NCBI RefSeq assembly: GCF_004010195.1
Contig: NC_057719.1
Span: forward strand, 15,624,257-15,688,256
DNA length: 64,000 bases
Direction: 5' to 3'
Origin: Chiloscyllium plagiosum
Lineage: Eukaryota
Part shown: positions 35,611 to 49,914 of the stretch, one piece after another
Layout: each line of letters opens with the position of its first letter
Numbering within the stretch: the first letter of the stretch is position 1
Notes under the pieces: model-generated
Databases searched by the model: none
The model's input: the letters and a program-made list of their open reading frames with translations, nothing else
Told to the model about the DNA's origin: nothing
Made by a program: the position numbers and the translations under genes

Positions 35611-35755
35611 TTGTTTTGAATGTTTGTAATTTATAAGCCTATTAGGCTTTTCTGCTTGATCAAACCTCTAAATGTAAAATATTTTCTCCAGTCCAATTTG
35701 CAACAGATGTCTTTTTCATGCAAGTTTTAATAACTTTGTTGTCTTGCTTTTACAG

Positions 35756-35830
35756 ATAATGAAGTGCTAACAGTAAATACACCACCCTTTGCAGAGTCTG
35801 TCACAGAGGGTGATGTCAGGTGGGAAAAAG
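35756..35830 (+). CDS. DLST: DLST exon 5 (start of lipoyl domain, [22 protein letters not shown])
   Basis: Strong protein match; AG/GT boundaries; 75 nt. Confidence 0.96.
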
Positions 35831-36951
35831 GTACAGTACATTTTGGGGGAACTTCATAACTATTTTGTAAAAATATGCAATTATTTGAACCACAGTGGAG
35901 TCACTACATTATATTTGATACCGACTGCTTGTTGACCAGTTAACTTATTCCTTTAAAAACGCAATATTGGGACTGTTATTATGGGAAGTTCCCAACATGT
36001 CAGATATTCAAGGCCATTTTAAGTAAATGTTATGTGAATAAATTAAAATAGTGCAGTTTACTCGAAGAAAATCACCTAGCCATATTTGGAACTTGGTAAT
36101 TTTTGACTGTGGCCATTCTAGGTTATTCCTTCTCAACAGGTCAGAAGTCTTTAACTGCAGTTACCCATAAAACCTTTCCCCAGTGCCTTTCTTTGGTTAT
36201 CAAGCAGGGTGGGATTGCACTTCCCTGGTTCCATTCTTATCTATCCAGTTATTATCATTACACCTTCTTATTCCTGCATCTTAAACCCCTCCTGTCCTCA
36301 TCTACATACTGCCTCTCATCATATTATTGCTTTTTCCAATGTCAGATTGCACACATTTTGATTATGCTGACTATCTATTGTTTACACCACCATTAGATAG
36401 CACAAATCTGTCATGACCTTATGTCACAAAGTGATAGAAGTAAATGGCAGCACCAGGTGCAGTGAGAAGTGAATGACTTCATTGAATACCGAGTGAAGAG
36501 TGTGGTGCGGGGGTTCAAGAGAGGTGGGGAGAATAGTTTCAGCAACCAGTCCCTGCCCCAGTCGTGGCCTCCAAGTTCAAGTAGGCCCCACCTCAGAGTC
36601 GGTGATGAAGTGGCAGCAGTTGGAGAGAGTAGATGCTCCCAACCTCTCCTCCTGGCCTTGCTCTTACACCCAGCCTTTGTCTCACTCCTGCTAGGGTCAA
36701 CGTCTCTGCCTCACCTGTCCAACCTGTTCTAATGATTTATGGAAATGCAATGACATAATTGGAACATGCATAGTCACTTCCTGATGCTGGTCCTTGTGCA
36801 ACATGTGACAACTGGGTTTATCGCTGTGCCTGCATGTGCTTGGAGGCCAATATACGTTATATCTAATTACTGGATAATACCCATCTTTATTTCAGCACCA
36901 GCACTGATCTTGAGTTTGGTACACTGCCCATCATCTAGTACTGCAATTAAA

Positions 36952-37130
36952 TACATTAGTCCCCTTGTACCCACGGGGGGTATGTTCCAACAACTACTGC
37001 GGATAGGAGCAAACCCATTCATTTAAATGGAAATTTTGCCTTCCCGGCAGCCCTGGTCCCTGGGTCTGGAATGTTCCCTGTAATATGTTTGGGCCGTGGT
37101 AAACCGTAGGTAACTGAAACCTTGACCCAG
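36952..37130. mobile_element. Tigger/pogo-like DNA transposon remnant
   Basis: Begins ta-cattagtccccttgtacccacggg and contains ccgtaggtaactgaaacc, resembling Tigger-type termini; the right TIR is not intact. Confidence 0.35.
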
Positions 37131-37239
37131 CTGCGATGTTCAGGGAACCATTCCCTAAGTTTGTTTGGTTTCCACAATGTGGAGCAGACTACATCGGGAG
37201 CATTGTCGGCCCCTGTGGGCCCAGCCCTAGCATTGCAGC

Positions 37240-37695
37240 CAGCTTGCAGGGACGACCGGACCTCCCAGTCACCGGTCATTTCAATTCCCCCAGCCACTCC
37301 CTTTCTGTCATGGCCATCCTTGATCTCCTCCATTGCCACAATGAACCACATCGCAAATTGGAGGAACAACACCTCATCTTTCACCTGGGCAGCCTACAGC
37401 ATGAGGGACTCAAAATTGAGTTATCTAATTTCAAATAACCTCCCTTCCCAGCCCCTCCCATACCTTCCACTCCTCCCTGCCACCAACAGGATTCATTCCT
37501 CCCATTGACCAACCAGGTCATATGCTCTTCTTGTCTTTACCTATCCCCACCGCCACCCCCTTTATCTGCAGCTCTCCCTACACCCACTCCCAGTCCTGAA
37601 GAAGGGTTACACCCAATATGTCAATTTCTCCACGTCCTGATGCTGCCTGACTTTCGGCCTCCTGCCTGAGCATCTGCAGTTTGTTTTGTCTCCAG
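37240..37695 (+). mobile_element. Penelope-like retroelement 3' end: GIY-YIG endonuclease C-terminus, pyrimidine-rich UTR and terminal unit
   Basis: PVTGHFNSPSHSLSVMAILDLLHCHNEPHRKLEEQHLIFHLGSLQHEGLKIE, stop at 37436-37438, then CTGAAGA-a-gggt-tac-accc at 37596-37614. Confidence 0.85.
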
Positions 37696-38148
37696 CAAAA
37701 TTCTCAGGCTGACTTAGGAATAGCTGCGTTTGGCAGGGAGATTTGGAAGGGAGAAGTGCCGAGAAAACAAAACATTAGGGTAGTAATTTAAGACTTCCAA
37801 ATGCACTGATCAGGTGAGCAAGATGCATCGGTATAGACTTTATGATGTCAATGTAAAACAAATTGAGGGGAGCTACTTTGGCAGCCTGATGGGTTTTATT
37901 TACCTTAGGATTATGACTTGGAGTGACCTATTGTACTTGAAGGTCTGTTATAAATTTCTAGACTTGGGGAGTTTTTTGAAAGCTTAAGGGAAACACCTCT
38001 GTCTTGTTTCCATTTTACTTTGTTCTATGAAGCCCTTGCATGGATATGCATGCGGGTGTTGAGACATTATCACAGTTCCTGAATGGGTTTTGATCTTATA
38101 TTCTGAATTCCCTTATGAAATACCCGTATTTCATCTGTTTCGTTACAG

Positions 38149-38204
38149 CTGTTGGTGATGCAGTAAGCGAAGATGAGGTGGTATGTGAAATTGAAACTGA
38201 TAAG
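38149..38204 (+). CDS. DLST: DLST exon 6 (AVGDAVSEDEVVCEIETDK; lipoyl-lysine codon at 38202-38204)
   Basis: ETDK lipoylation motif; 56 nt; AG/GT boundaries. Confidence 0.97.
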
Positions 38205-40222
38205 GTTCGTAACTTTTTTCTGACCATCAATTTTTTTTTTCCTTTTTTAGTCTCTGAACTAATCGTGCTTGAAATGATAAACAGTCTCCTGTATAATTGC
38301 TGGTATTAAAATGGTAGATGATCCCAGGGTATCCCAGCCCCATAATATTTCCCTTCCATGTAACATTGTTACTCCCATGTTGATTAGCCACTGTTTGCAA
38401 ATTATGATGAGGTGAAATGTGTCCAGTCTGTATAGTTCCCACCACTACCAGAAATATCAAGATCAATGTCTGTGATACCACAAACACTTGTCTGTTCCCT
38501 GAACTATTGCTTTCTTAATCTCATTTGCCCACCTTTACAGCTGAGTCAGCTATGGTGCTGTGCAGTTGGCTGTGGCAGCATTCCCAGATCATCTCTCTTT
38601 TTATTATTAAAAACAGAATACTGGTTGGAAAGTGAGATGCACTCTGCTATCTTGAGCATTTCCTACCTCCTATTGATTGTCACCCATTCCCTCCCTGCAT
38701 TCCCTTAAACAGTAAGCAATATCCAGAAACATAATATCGTGCAACCTTCCGTTTCATGAATGCATCACAGTGATTCAAACTGCTTCTCGAGCTCCAAAGC
38801 CTGTAGCCATGGGAGTCACCAGCTTATGCCACTTTGTGCAATTGTTGTTCAGCATTCAAGAAACATCCTGAAATTCCCACACACAATATTGTGTGCATTT
38901 TACAGGACTGAAGTGCCCTGCCATTCCTCACATTTAACAGAAATAAATCAAATACTTCGACTGTATAGAACACTTGATCAGCTACTCATCAATCTGTACC
39001 TTCTCTTGTGCTGACATCACATTATTTTTGCATTATACTTTGCTTCTGATTCACATCAACTTAGCTGACTCTTAACTGCCCCCTAATCAATAAATGCTGA
39101 CTCAGCCAGTGATGTCCACATCCTGTGAATGAATAGAAAGACGTTGGTGGCTTTCTGAACTAAAATAATTTTGTATGTTCTCACCTGATTCATTCTTCTC
39201 TTGGAGTACCACCTGTGTACTTGCTGTACTCGATGATGTCACCATTTCAACAGGATTCTAAGAATCCTCTGGTGTAAATGCTAGACAGCTCCTGTCTCTA
39301 CTTGATACTGACGGGAATTTCTCCTACACTGGTACTCATTTTTTGCACTCACTGGGCTCCATCCTTGATGCTGGTGTTAAACCTGTTACTATACATATTC
39401 TTTCACATTTTTCCTGTCTAATTACCATTATCACTCCTTTTGTTTTAGTCAGTATCAACCATATGACTGTCCATCAGCAGAACACTCCTCACCATCTGAT
39501 TAATTTAATAAATCACTCCCAGGTAGCCTTTAGATGCATGCCACAATGACATTTTTTTGTTCAGGTTGCTGAGTGAGGATTAATAAAATTAGCTTGAATA
39601 CACCGAATTCTTTTAACATGCCTCATCGCTGCTCCTTTTTCTGTACTTTAGCAAATTTTCATCAGTCATCCTTTTGGTTCAGTTAATTGTCAGCGTGTAT
39701 TTATTGTGCAACAGTTGATTATTTCAGTCACCTGGTTACTTTAGGGAACAGGATTCAATTTTATCTGTCGAAATGCTGTTATCCATGCAAAACACTTAAC
39801 CATTCCATTTTCTATCATAATGATATTAAATTCCTCATGAAAATTGCTGCCTTAATTTTGTCATTTTGGACCTAGATTATTTTCAAAATCGAAATACAAG
39901 AATCGTCCAATTTCCATATCTGTACAAAGGTCAATGTTGGTTCAATGTTTCTGTGATTAGTATTTATTTAACTATATTGTTAGTCAATATGACAGCCATA
40001 TTTGATCCATCTCCTGCACCTGAAAACTGTACTGTTACATTGACCATGATTTCGGTCGTTGAACCAGACAGATTCTCTCATTCTGTGAACAGAAGCTTAA
40101 AATTACGGCACGTGACCTCCCCATTAATAATCAATGTTGGAAAGGAAGTGTGGGAATTCTTTGGTCACCACAAGACGTGCTGCTAGGCTATAGTTTCTAA
40201 AATTAGTTCCTCTTTATTTCAG

Positions 40223-40334
40223 ACATCAGTGCAGGTTCCTGCTCCGTATGCTGGTATCATCGAGGAGCTCCTGGTACCTGATGGAGGTAAAGTGGAAGGA
40301 GGAACCCCTCTCTTCAAACTCAGGAGGGCAGAAG
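40223..40334 (+). CDS. DLST: DLST exon 7 ([37 protein letters not shown])
   Basis: C-terminal half of the lipoyl domain; 112 nt; AG/GT boundaries. Confidence 0.97.
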
Positions 40335-40821
40335 GTGGGTTTCTCTTTGATTGTTGGCCTACATTTGCACCTGCTTAAGCAACATTTCAATCTTAAAAGT
40401 CCCCATCCTTGTTTTGAAATTCCCTCCATGATTGTACTTACATTTCTGATCTCAGATCCACAACTCTCTGAATTATCTGTGCTCCTTTAATTCTGGACTC
40501 TTAAAGCTCCCTGGTTACCATTAGTGTTCATGACTACAGTTGCAAAGATTCTAATTTCTGTCCCCATAACCAACACCTCTTTGTGTTCCTCCTCTGATGC
40601 CCTTCAAAACCTACCTTTCTTTGACCAGCCTTTGTGCATTAGGCAATTAGGGTAGACGATCAATGATAAAGTTTGCTTTTCAATGTTCTGTGAAGTCCTT
40701 GGGATATTTTATGTCAGATAAATTAGCTACATAAATACATGTTATATATTGCGAAGTGTTTTTTGAGACATGGCATCTTAGACTTGAGTAACATGTGTCT
40801 TTTTACTTATTACTTTTCCAG

Positions 40822-40974
40822 TTGGCGCTGCAAAACCTATACCAGAAGTCTCCCCCACCCCTAAACCAGATACAGCACCTCCACCACCACCACCTCCAGC
40901 TACAGCAGGGGCAATTCCTACCACAATGCCACCTGTACCACCAGTAAATATGCAGGCCATAGATAGTAAACCTG
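40822..40974 (+). CDS. DLST: DLST exon 8 (Pro/Ala-rich linker)
   Basis: Translates ...APPPPPPPATAGAIPTTMPPVPPV...DSKP; 153 nt; ccAG acceptor and gtgagt donor. Confidence 0.93.
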
Positions 40975-41613
40975 GTGAGTAAAATAAATGAATTTCATTT
41001 AAAAAGGGCTTTACAATATCTCAGTAATGTCTCCAAAACCTCATCTTGAATGCAAGTAAGTGACTTATCATGTTGGTAAATGTGTTGATCAACTTGTGTA
41101 CCACAGAATCGCACTGGCAGCTACAATATGGGTTATTGGTTGCATTGATCAAGGAGCAATGTTAAAAAGGGGTACAAGGGGATTCCTGCCATGTAAAAAT
41201 CTGCCAGCAGGAGGTAGGTGGTTGCCTTTTCTGAAGGACAGCAGCTCCAGTGATGTAGCCCTTCTCCAATGCTGCACACCCTTGCTATCTGGATATGTCT
41301 CCAAACTTAGATGAAGCTTGAATCCATAATATTTTGACTCTGAGGTCAAATGCTGTTGAGTCAGCTAAGTTGACACAAAGAAAATGGTGGGGAAAATAGA
41401 TTGTTATTAGTCTTGTATGTTTGGTGATCGTTTGCTGTAAACAATATTCATAATGCTGTTTACAGTGTTAGGTCTGTGATTTCTAACTACTGGGTTTGTT
41501 ATCATTCTTCCTCTATGTGCATATAATGACTTGGATAGTAATCCTAATAGGATATAATGTAAGCTTTTCACATCCAGCTCCTTACATCATCTCATGTTCT
41601 GTTTTTGTTCCAG

Positions 41614-41693
41614 TGTCGGCAGTGAAGCCTTCTGTTGGATCCCTCACCCCAGCTGCAGATGTGGGGGTGAAAGGTGTCCGATCTGAGCATAGG
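41614..41693 (+). CDS. DLST: DLST exon 9 (VSAVKPSVGSLTPAADVGVKGVRSEHR)
   Basis: VSAVKP...RSEHR match; 80 nt; AG/GT boundaries. Confidence 0.94.
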
Positions 41694-42329
41694 GTATGTA
41701 TGAACTTGAGGCAATAAATAAGACCTGTTACAACCAAAATGGGGGGGGAACTATTGTAAAAGCTGGTCTCGAATTCACTCCTACACATAAATATAGTTCA
41801 TTATTGGCTTTTAAGTTTCAAGGTGGTAATGTGCTGTAGTTTGATCTGTACGTTTGATTCCATCTTGCTGTGCTTATGATCTCAAGTGGAACATGTCAAA
41901 ACAAAGTAAAGCATCTCCATATAGGAGAAAAGGACCTATCAAAGCATGCCATTCATATATGATTCTCCCTTGGACCTCTGCACCTGACGGTATGACTTTC
42001 TGGACTGCAAGTGGTATCGGGTCTAGGAATTTAAAGCAGAGGAAAAGAAGGGTTTGAGTAGTAAAATACCCTCAATTTGCCAAGCTGTAAGTGGGCATAA
42101 ATGTGCACTATTCATAATTGACTAATTACTGATAAATTGTTTTATATAATAGCTAAAGAAAAATTATTGGCATTTTGATGTGGAAACATAAGTTAACTCC
42201 AGTTATCTTGTACCCTCTTATTCTAGCATAAGTGTTCATTGGCAGATATGGCACAGGAAAGTGCAAACTTAGAAAGTTTGCAAGTTTCTTTCTATATACT
42301 TGCCCTGAACACAACAGTTAATGTGTTGT

Positions 42330-45300
42330 TTTTTCTATTTGTTCATAATATATTGGCATCAAAGGCTAGATCTGCATTTATTTCCCATTCCTAGTTTCCC
42401 AGGAGAGGTGGATGGTGAGATACCTTCTTTAATAGCTGCAGTCCTTGTGTGTAGAGACATCTACAGTGCAATTAGGAGATCTATTATTTGGATCCACTGG
42501 TAGTGAAGCAGTGGCAATAAGGAGGTTCACATGATGGTATATGACTTAGTGGGGAACTTGTAGGTAATGATGTTTCCATGCATCTGCTGTCTTTGTCCTT
42601 CTAAGTGGTAAAGGTTGTGGATTTGTAAGGTACTGTTAGAGTTTTGGTGAATTGCTGCAATGTATCTTGTAGGTGATGCACATTGCTGCTGCATCAGTGG
42701 TGAGTGTAGTGAATGCTCAAGGTGGTTAAGGGGGTCAATCAAGTAGTTTTTGTTCCCAATTCTTCCTGTAGTGTGGCAACCAGAACTGTACACACTGTTC
42801 CATATGTGACCTCACTAAAATTTTATACAGCTGCAACAAAACTTACCAACTTTTATCCTCATTCCCCTGATCAGTGAAGGCAAGCATGTTATATTCTGCC
42901 TTTACCACCTTATCCACTTGTGTTGCCACTTTCAGAAAGCTATGGGACTTGCACCCCATGATCCCTCTGCATATCAATACTCCTAAGAGTTTTGCTATTT
43001 ACTATACACTTTTGTCTTGCATTTGGCCTCCAAAAATGCATTACTGCACACTTGTCTGAATTAAATTGCAACTGTCGTTTCTCCATCCAACTTTCCAACT
43101 GATCTATATTCTGTGTATCCTTTGACAACCTTCAGTATCCACAACTCCATTGATTTTCATGTCAGCAAACTTACTAGTGAGACCACCTGCATATTTTCAT
43201 TCAAGTCATATATGTTATATAAAACAACAGAGATCCTGGCATTGATCCCTGCAGAACACCAGTGGTCAGACGTCCAGTCAGCACAACACCCCTTCAAAAC
43301 TAACTATGACTCAGCCAACTTAACAATGAGTCACATGGAATCCATGGCACAATCTTCTGGACTAGCCTACTTTGAGGGAGCTTGTCAAATGCTTTCGTAA
43401 AGTGCATATAGATATCATTCACTACCCTACCCTCCTTCAACCCTCCCTTAAAAAACTCAAATTTGTGAGGCAAGACCTCCCTCACATAAAGTCATGCTGA
43501 CTATCCCTAATGAATCCATTATTTTCCAAATGCATGTAAATCATGTCCCTAAGACAAATCTCTAATAGACAGTTAACTACTTACTGAAGGTGGTGGTTCT
43601 ACAGATATCCCCACCCTCAATGTTGAAGGCATTCAGCACATCACCTGTCCCTAAGAAGAATCCCTCAACCATTTGATATAAGGCTCACCTGACTATAATT
43701 CCCTGGATTATTCCTATTGCCCTTAAAGAAATGAATAACATTGACTATTCTCCAGTTTTCTGGGAGCTTGCTTGTGGTGAAAGAGGATACAAAGATCTCT
43801 GTCAGGGTACCGGCAATCTCCCCTCTTGCCGTCTCCAGTATCCTGATCTACTTATCCACATTAGTGTTCTTCAGGACACCCAACACTTCTCCTTTGCTAT
43901 CATCCGAATTTGATGGGCCTCAAACAGCTGCAGCCATCCTTCTTTGAGCTCGGTTTGACTTCAACCAGTGGAGAATTTTCCTCCCGATTCCCACTATCTG
44001 CAGAGGAAAAGTGCGGTGCTGGTAAAGCGTAGCAGGTCAGGCAGTATCCGAGGAGCAGGAGAATTGACATTTTGAGTATAAGGAATGTTGGGGGAAGAGG
44101 GCTGAGAGATAAATAGGAGAGAAGGGGTGGGGCTAGGGGATGGTAGTTGGGAAGGCAATAGGTAAATGCAGGTGGGGGGTGATGGTGATAGGCCAGGGTG
44201 GAGTGGATACATGGGAAGGAAAATGGGCATATTATCTCCAGTTTTGCTAGGGTCTTTGCTCATGTCAGTCAACTGTTTCCTTAATTTCAATGGCAGTCTC
44301 TATTACCTTCCCTCCTGGAGTTCGTGTTTGGACCATGGCAATATTGAGGGCTGGAGCTGGGTTTCCCTGTGAACAATGCATAGGCTATTGTTGAATATGT
44401 GCCAATTGCTAACATGATCAACGGCCCCTTCTATCATTTTGCTGATGATAGAGAGTAGACAGACACCAGTAATTGTCTGCATTGGATTTGTCCTGCATTT
44501 GTGAACAGGATGACATTGAGCAATTTTTCATATTGTGAGGTAGACTAATTAGCTTTACTGGATGAGATTTGCCAAGGGCATGGCTAATTCTGAAGTACAA
44601 GCCTTCAGTATTATTGCTGGGATGTTGTCAGGATCCATTGCCTTTGTAGTGTCCAGTGCCTTCGAACATTTTTTGATATTATTTGAAGTGAATCGAATTA
44701 GTTGAAGACAGGCTTTTGTGATGCTGGGGACCTATATAGGAGGCCAAAATGGATCACCCACTCAGCACTTCTGGCTAAGAAAAGGAGCAAATTCTTCTGC
44801 CTTGTCTTTTGCACTGGTGTGGTGGTTCTTCATTATTGAGGGTGAGAATTTCTGTAGAATCACCACCTCCAGTAAGTAGTTAATTGTCTACCTTCACAAC
44901 TGAATGCAGAGGGACTACAGAACTTAAAGATCTGATAGTTGTGGAATTTCTTTACCTTGTCTATTGCATATTGTTTAGCTTCACCTTATTGAATACTGCT
45001 TCTGCTGAGTATGCAAGTAGTCTTGTTTTGTAATTTCACTACTTTCTCCCCTCATTTTTAGGTTTGCCTAACACTGCTCTTGTCATATCCTCCTGTGCTC
45101 ATTGCAAGGCTTGATGGTAATAGCAGAGTTGTGTGTATGGTGTGCTATGGCGTTACAGATTATCATTGACCATAATTCTCCTGCTGATGGTCCATTGTGC
45201 CTCATGAATGCCCAATTTTGAGTTACTAGATCTGTTTAAAATCTGTCCCATTTAAGATGGTAATGCCATGCAAGATGGAGAGTATTTTCAGTGTGAGGAT

Positions 45301-46170
45301 GGGGCTTAGCCTCCTCAATGACTGTGTGCAATGATCATTCCTACCTATTATGCCATGGTCGGATGAAACTGCAGCAGACTCAGTCTAGCAGCTATGTCCT
45401 TTAGGACTACGCTAGTTCAGTCAGTCATGGTGCAACTGAACTACTCATGGTGATGTACATTGAAGTACCCCAACAGATTGCATTCTATGACCTTGTCATC
45501 CTTAGTGATTCCTCTAAGTGATCATCAACAGCTGAGGAGGGGTGTCTCGTTGGTAATTAGCAGAAGATTTCCTTGTCCATGTTTGACATGATGTCATGCA
45601 AATTCATGGGTCTGGACTTAATGTTAAGGACTCCCAGGATTAACTCTCCCAACTGTATGTCACTGTGCTACTGTTGCTGGGATGGTGATGGTGGCACGTT
45701 GTCTATAAGCTATGATTCTTGGAATAATATTGTCAGAATATTATTTGAGTATTGTTTGGGGCCGGTCTCCTCGTTTGGCACAAGATTCAAGTTGTTAATG
45801 AGGAGAAGTTTGCAAGGTTGGCAGGGCTAGATTTGCCATTATTGCTTCTGGTGCCTAGGTCAATGCCAAGTGATCTATCTAGTTTCATTCCTTCCTCCAG
45901 GTTTTGTAGCTAACCAGGCCAATTATTTGTTCATTCAGATGAATTGTCATTTATTTTGGTCATGGCGTGGGCTAGGAATCATAAGTGGGCCAGACCGGGT
46001 AAGGATGACAGATTTCCTTCCCTAAAAGGCATTAATGAACCAGGTGGATTTTCTCAACCATTGACAATGGTCATATGATCATTAGAGTAGTTTTTAAAAT
46101 TCAATTATGTTGTTGGATTTGAATGCATGTGACCAGAATATTTGCCTCGAGTTTTCGATTAGTACAGTGA
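42330..46170 (-). mobile_element. Older degenerate relative of the 23336-26771 LINE, interrupted by CR1 (about 42745-43720) and a Penelope-type 3' end (about 44005-44228)
   Basis: Tail at 42330-42740, body at 44230-45900 and head at 45950-46170 are collinear reverse complements of the 23336-26771 element. Confidence 0.7.
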
Positions 46171-46483
46171 TTTTATCAGTCTGCCTTCCTTGGTGTACCT
46201 GTGGAATAGTCAAGTTTTGTCTCTATCTTTCTGTCACCAGAAGTATCAGCATGACCCTAATAAGGTATTTTTATTTGTAATTTTGGGAGGATATTTTACT
46301 TTGAGAAAGGAAAGATATGGTTTACAGCAACTCTGAGAGCTGTCTGCGGATCTTATTCTTGCCTGTCATAATTTATTATAGTCCTTCAACATATGGCATA
46401 CTATGTAAGTAATGTATTTAAACTCTTGAAAATTAATCTTGTATAAAATAGAGTAATTTTGTAATTGACTTCTAAACGTTTAG

Positions 46484-46581
46484 GTTAAAATGAACAGAAT
46501 GCGGCTACGAATTGCACAGCGACTAAAGGAGGCTCAGAATACTTGTGCCATGCTGACTACCTTCAATGAAATTGACATGAG
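46484..46581 (+). CDS. DLST: DLST exon 10 ([32 protein letters not shown])
   Basis: Start of the catalytic domain; 98 nt; AG/GT boundaries. Confidence 0.97.
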
Positions 46582-49500
46582 GTAACTATTACACTCAGCA
46601 CTTTGGGAGACATTTAGTACAAACATATCAGCTCAGTCTTTGTTTTGTGCTTTTGGTTGCCTATCAGAAAACTTTGAATATAAAACCATATTATTTAACA
46701 TAGTCTAGCTTAAGTTCTTTCACTGAAACCTATATCGGGCTGGAGTCTGGTACAAGACCTGTAACGGAATGAAGTGTTTCTATCTGGTTTCCATTGAGGC
46801 AGGGGTGATCAGTTCATAATGACTTGCATACTAGTATCAGTAAGAACAGACTAAACTTGTTCATTCTTTGCTTTGAAAGGAGATGCAGAAAACGTGTTGC
46901 ATTCAGTTGAGGAATAGGAGGTATAAAGAGTAACATATGTTACAAATGGCTTAACCTTTCTTGGATCTCTAAAATAGCAACATTCAGACCAAAAATTCAG
47001 AGAGCCTGCTCTAGTGCTGTCTGGAACCAGCCAGCTACATCAGAAGGCCCATCCTGTAGTTATTCCTTCCCTAAAGTAAGCTACAATGGAATTGGTTACT
47101 CAGTGCATGAGTAATCACTGCCCCAAACCAATGTCCCTTCACTTCAGGGCACAACAAAGTGGTCCACCATCATGGTACATCCCCAAGTCCTGTTCTATGT
47201 ATTGAACTTGCTACTTCCTTCTTTTTCCTCTTCTTTCCCAGTGCCATCCCTAACATTATCTCTATTGAATTGATCACAGAGCTCTTGGGGCAACTTTCAA
47301 AACTAAGCAAGGAGGTGATTTTCAAGGCAGAATGTTAGATTTTAACTTCAAAGTAAGGAAGGCTGCATCTTAAACTATTAGGCAATTTCTTTCCAAATAC
47401 CATTTAAGCACTTCAGCAAACTGAAACATAATCTCCACTTAAAGACAAAGTCATGTAAATATTTGTGTCTAATGTGCTTTTGTTGTAAGATGGACAGACT
47501 GCGCAATATTAATTTAAGGGAAAATATTTGTCTCTTGTGCTGGAAATGATGCTTTTAACATTTCGTTTAGAGGACTAATATGCCAGTTTTGGTTTACAGC
47601 TCTTCAGGATAGTGTTGTGAGCTGTAATAATACCTATTTAAACAGATTAGTGAAGAATGCACTTTACAAGACTGACATCTGCCTGGAGACTGAAGAGAAG
47701 GAGAGAAGAGATGGGGGGAGAGATAAACCCTCGAGGGAGAAGGTTGGTCTTTGAATGAAGGCAGTTTAATGATGAGGCAATGAAATTTTGATATAGTTAG
47801 ACTCGAAGATTTTATCATTCCTGGCTCCTTTTCTTGTGTTCTTGCATCTTGGGGATGCATAATGGTGTTAGGGAAGTAATCCTAGAGTTAATGAGCTTAA
47901 GTGCAGGAAAACAAACAGGGTTAAGGGGAAAACACAGACATAGACACCTTTTTATCAGGTCAGTGAACACAATATCCATTTTCACTCGCCTTTAACTGTT
48001 TCATTGCTAGTTTTGCTTGAAATGTATTTGCCATTTTTAACTATTGCAGAATCCTTATCTCTAGGGAATTCTGTCTTCACTGGATAGTTTAAGATTGCAG
48101 TTTAATACCAGAGATTGGAAGAAATTTTTTTTCCACCTTTGATACCAAATTTTTACTGCATCAAATGCTTCAAGAACAGTGTTTCTGTGCATTAGACACA
48201 GAGTGAAGCTACTGTTTTCAACATTGTATATTAAATAAAATCATATCTCCAGCTGTAATATGACTCCTCTTTCTGTAATATCAGTAAAGGAAGACTGAAA
48301 CTGAATCTTTCTGGTTTATTATTTTGCATTTATTTTTTGTTTCTTTTCTCCCTGGAGAAATTCTGCAGTGAATGCAAGTTGTAATTGGGATTTGTCTTTG
48401 AGTATTGCATGGCTGCAACCAAGATGGAGTGTTGGTGTGGAATATGGGTAGTCAGAGTGAATTGTATCGAGGGGATCACATCTGACCCTGAGATTTCTTC
48501 TGACAAATAGGCCAGCATAGTGAAGGCACTTGTTCCACCTCTAACATCACCTGATTACACTCTGCTTATCTGCTACCTTGTTCATGTCTTTATTACTTCT
48601 AGACTCAACAATTCCAGTGCACTCCTGTCTGTTCTCCCACATTCTACCCTCCATAACCTCGAGGTCATCTAAACTGTTTCCTATGAGTTGACTTGCAGCA
48701 AGTCTCATCCCCTCACCCCTGTGCCAGCTGACCTTTCATTGTTTCTGGTCAAACAATTTCTTAGCTAAGAAATTCCCATCCTTGTTTTCAAATCCTCCTA
48801 TGCTCTCACTCTTGCTATCTTTTATAATCTTGTGCAGCACTGCGTCTTTTCAAGTATCTGCTCTCCTTTAATTCTGGCCTTTTGTGCATTTCCTATTTAA
48901 CTGTTCCACCCACTGGTCGACATCAGTTGTCTAGATCCACATATCTAGAATACCTTACCACACCTCTGCACTACTTTAAGTGTGTAATATTTATAAATAT
49001 AAATACATATGTAATATTCATCTGTAGCAAAATATTATTTCCTTGTTTTCCTCCCACATTCCCTCTCCCCAACTTCCTTTTTGCCTTTACCCTCGATCAC
49101 AGGATTATAAATTTGCAAAAGAACTAGTAATATCACCAAGAGGTAGCCTGAAGCATTTAACTGAAGTTGGTTCCAGAAAAGTTGCATGTCACATTTGGGC
49201 CAGTTGATGTTTGCTTTTCCAGTATCAATTCAGTCAGAAAGGAAATACTTTTGAATGACTCGTTCTTGTCTCATTCTGCCTCCCACAGCTTTCACCCATC
49301 AGAGCTGCTCTTTGCCTGTAGTATAATCCTGTAGATTTGTATCTGACAAACAGTGCTTGTTCGTAAATTTCACCTGCCATGGAGAATCTTGATCCAGCCA
49401 TTGTAGATGGTGTTACCTATGATTCCATTAAGATTTGTCAGAGCAAGCAAACTTAGCCCTACAATACACTTGGCCAATATCCAGTCACGCTATAAGATCA

Positions 49501-49914
49501 ATATATTAGAAAATTTTTAAAACCTCTAGATAATAGAACCATTTGATTTGTGAAAACTTCAAAAGAAACGTTTTCAGTTGGTCAAAGTATCAACTTTCCT
49601 GTTTATCGCTTGTTTGTATGTTAAGAAATGTCTCATTCTGTGTGAAATTAAGTGGTGCAGTTGACTTTACAATGTGTCTTGCTCTGTGTTCACTGATCAC
49701 CTGACCATGCAAATTTGATTAATCAATTCTCCAGCCTTTTGAACCAAATCCATGCACATTTCGTACATGAAAATTCAAAAAGTGTGCACTAAATTCTGCC
49801 AATGTATGTGAAAATGTTATGGGGATTTATAAATTGAGCCAAAATATGGAACACAAATTTTTTTCTTTTACTTTTCTCCAAAAATTAACTTGTTGAAAAG
49901 ATATGATAATTTGA

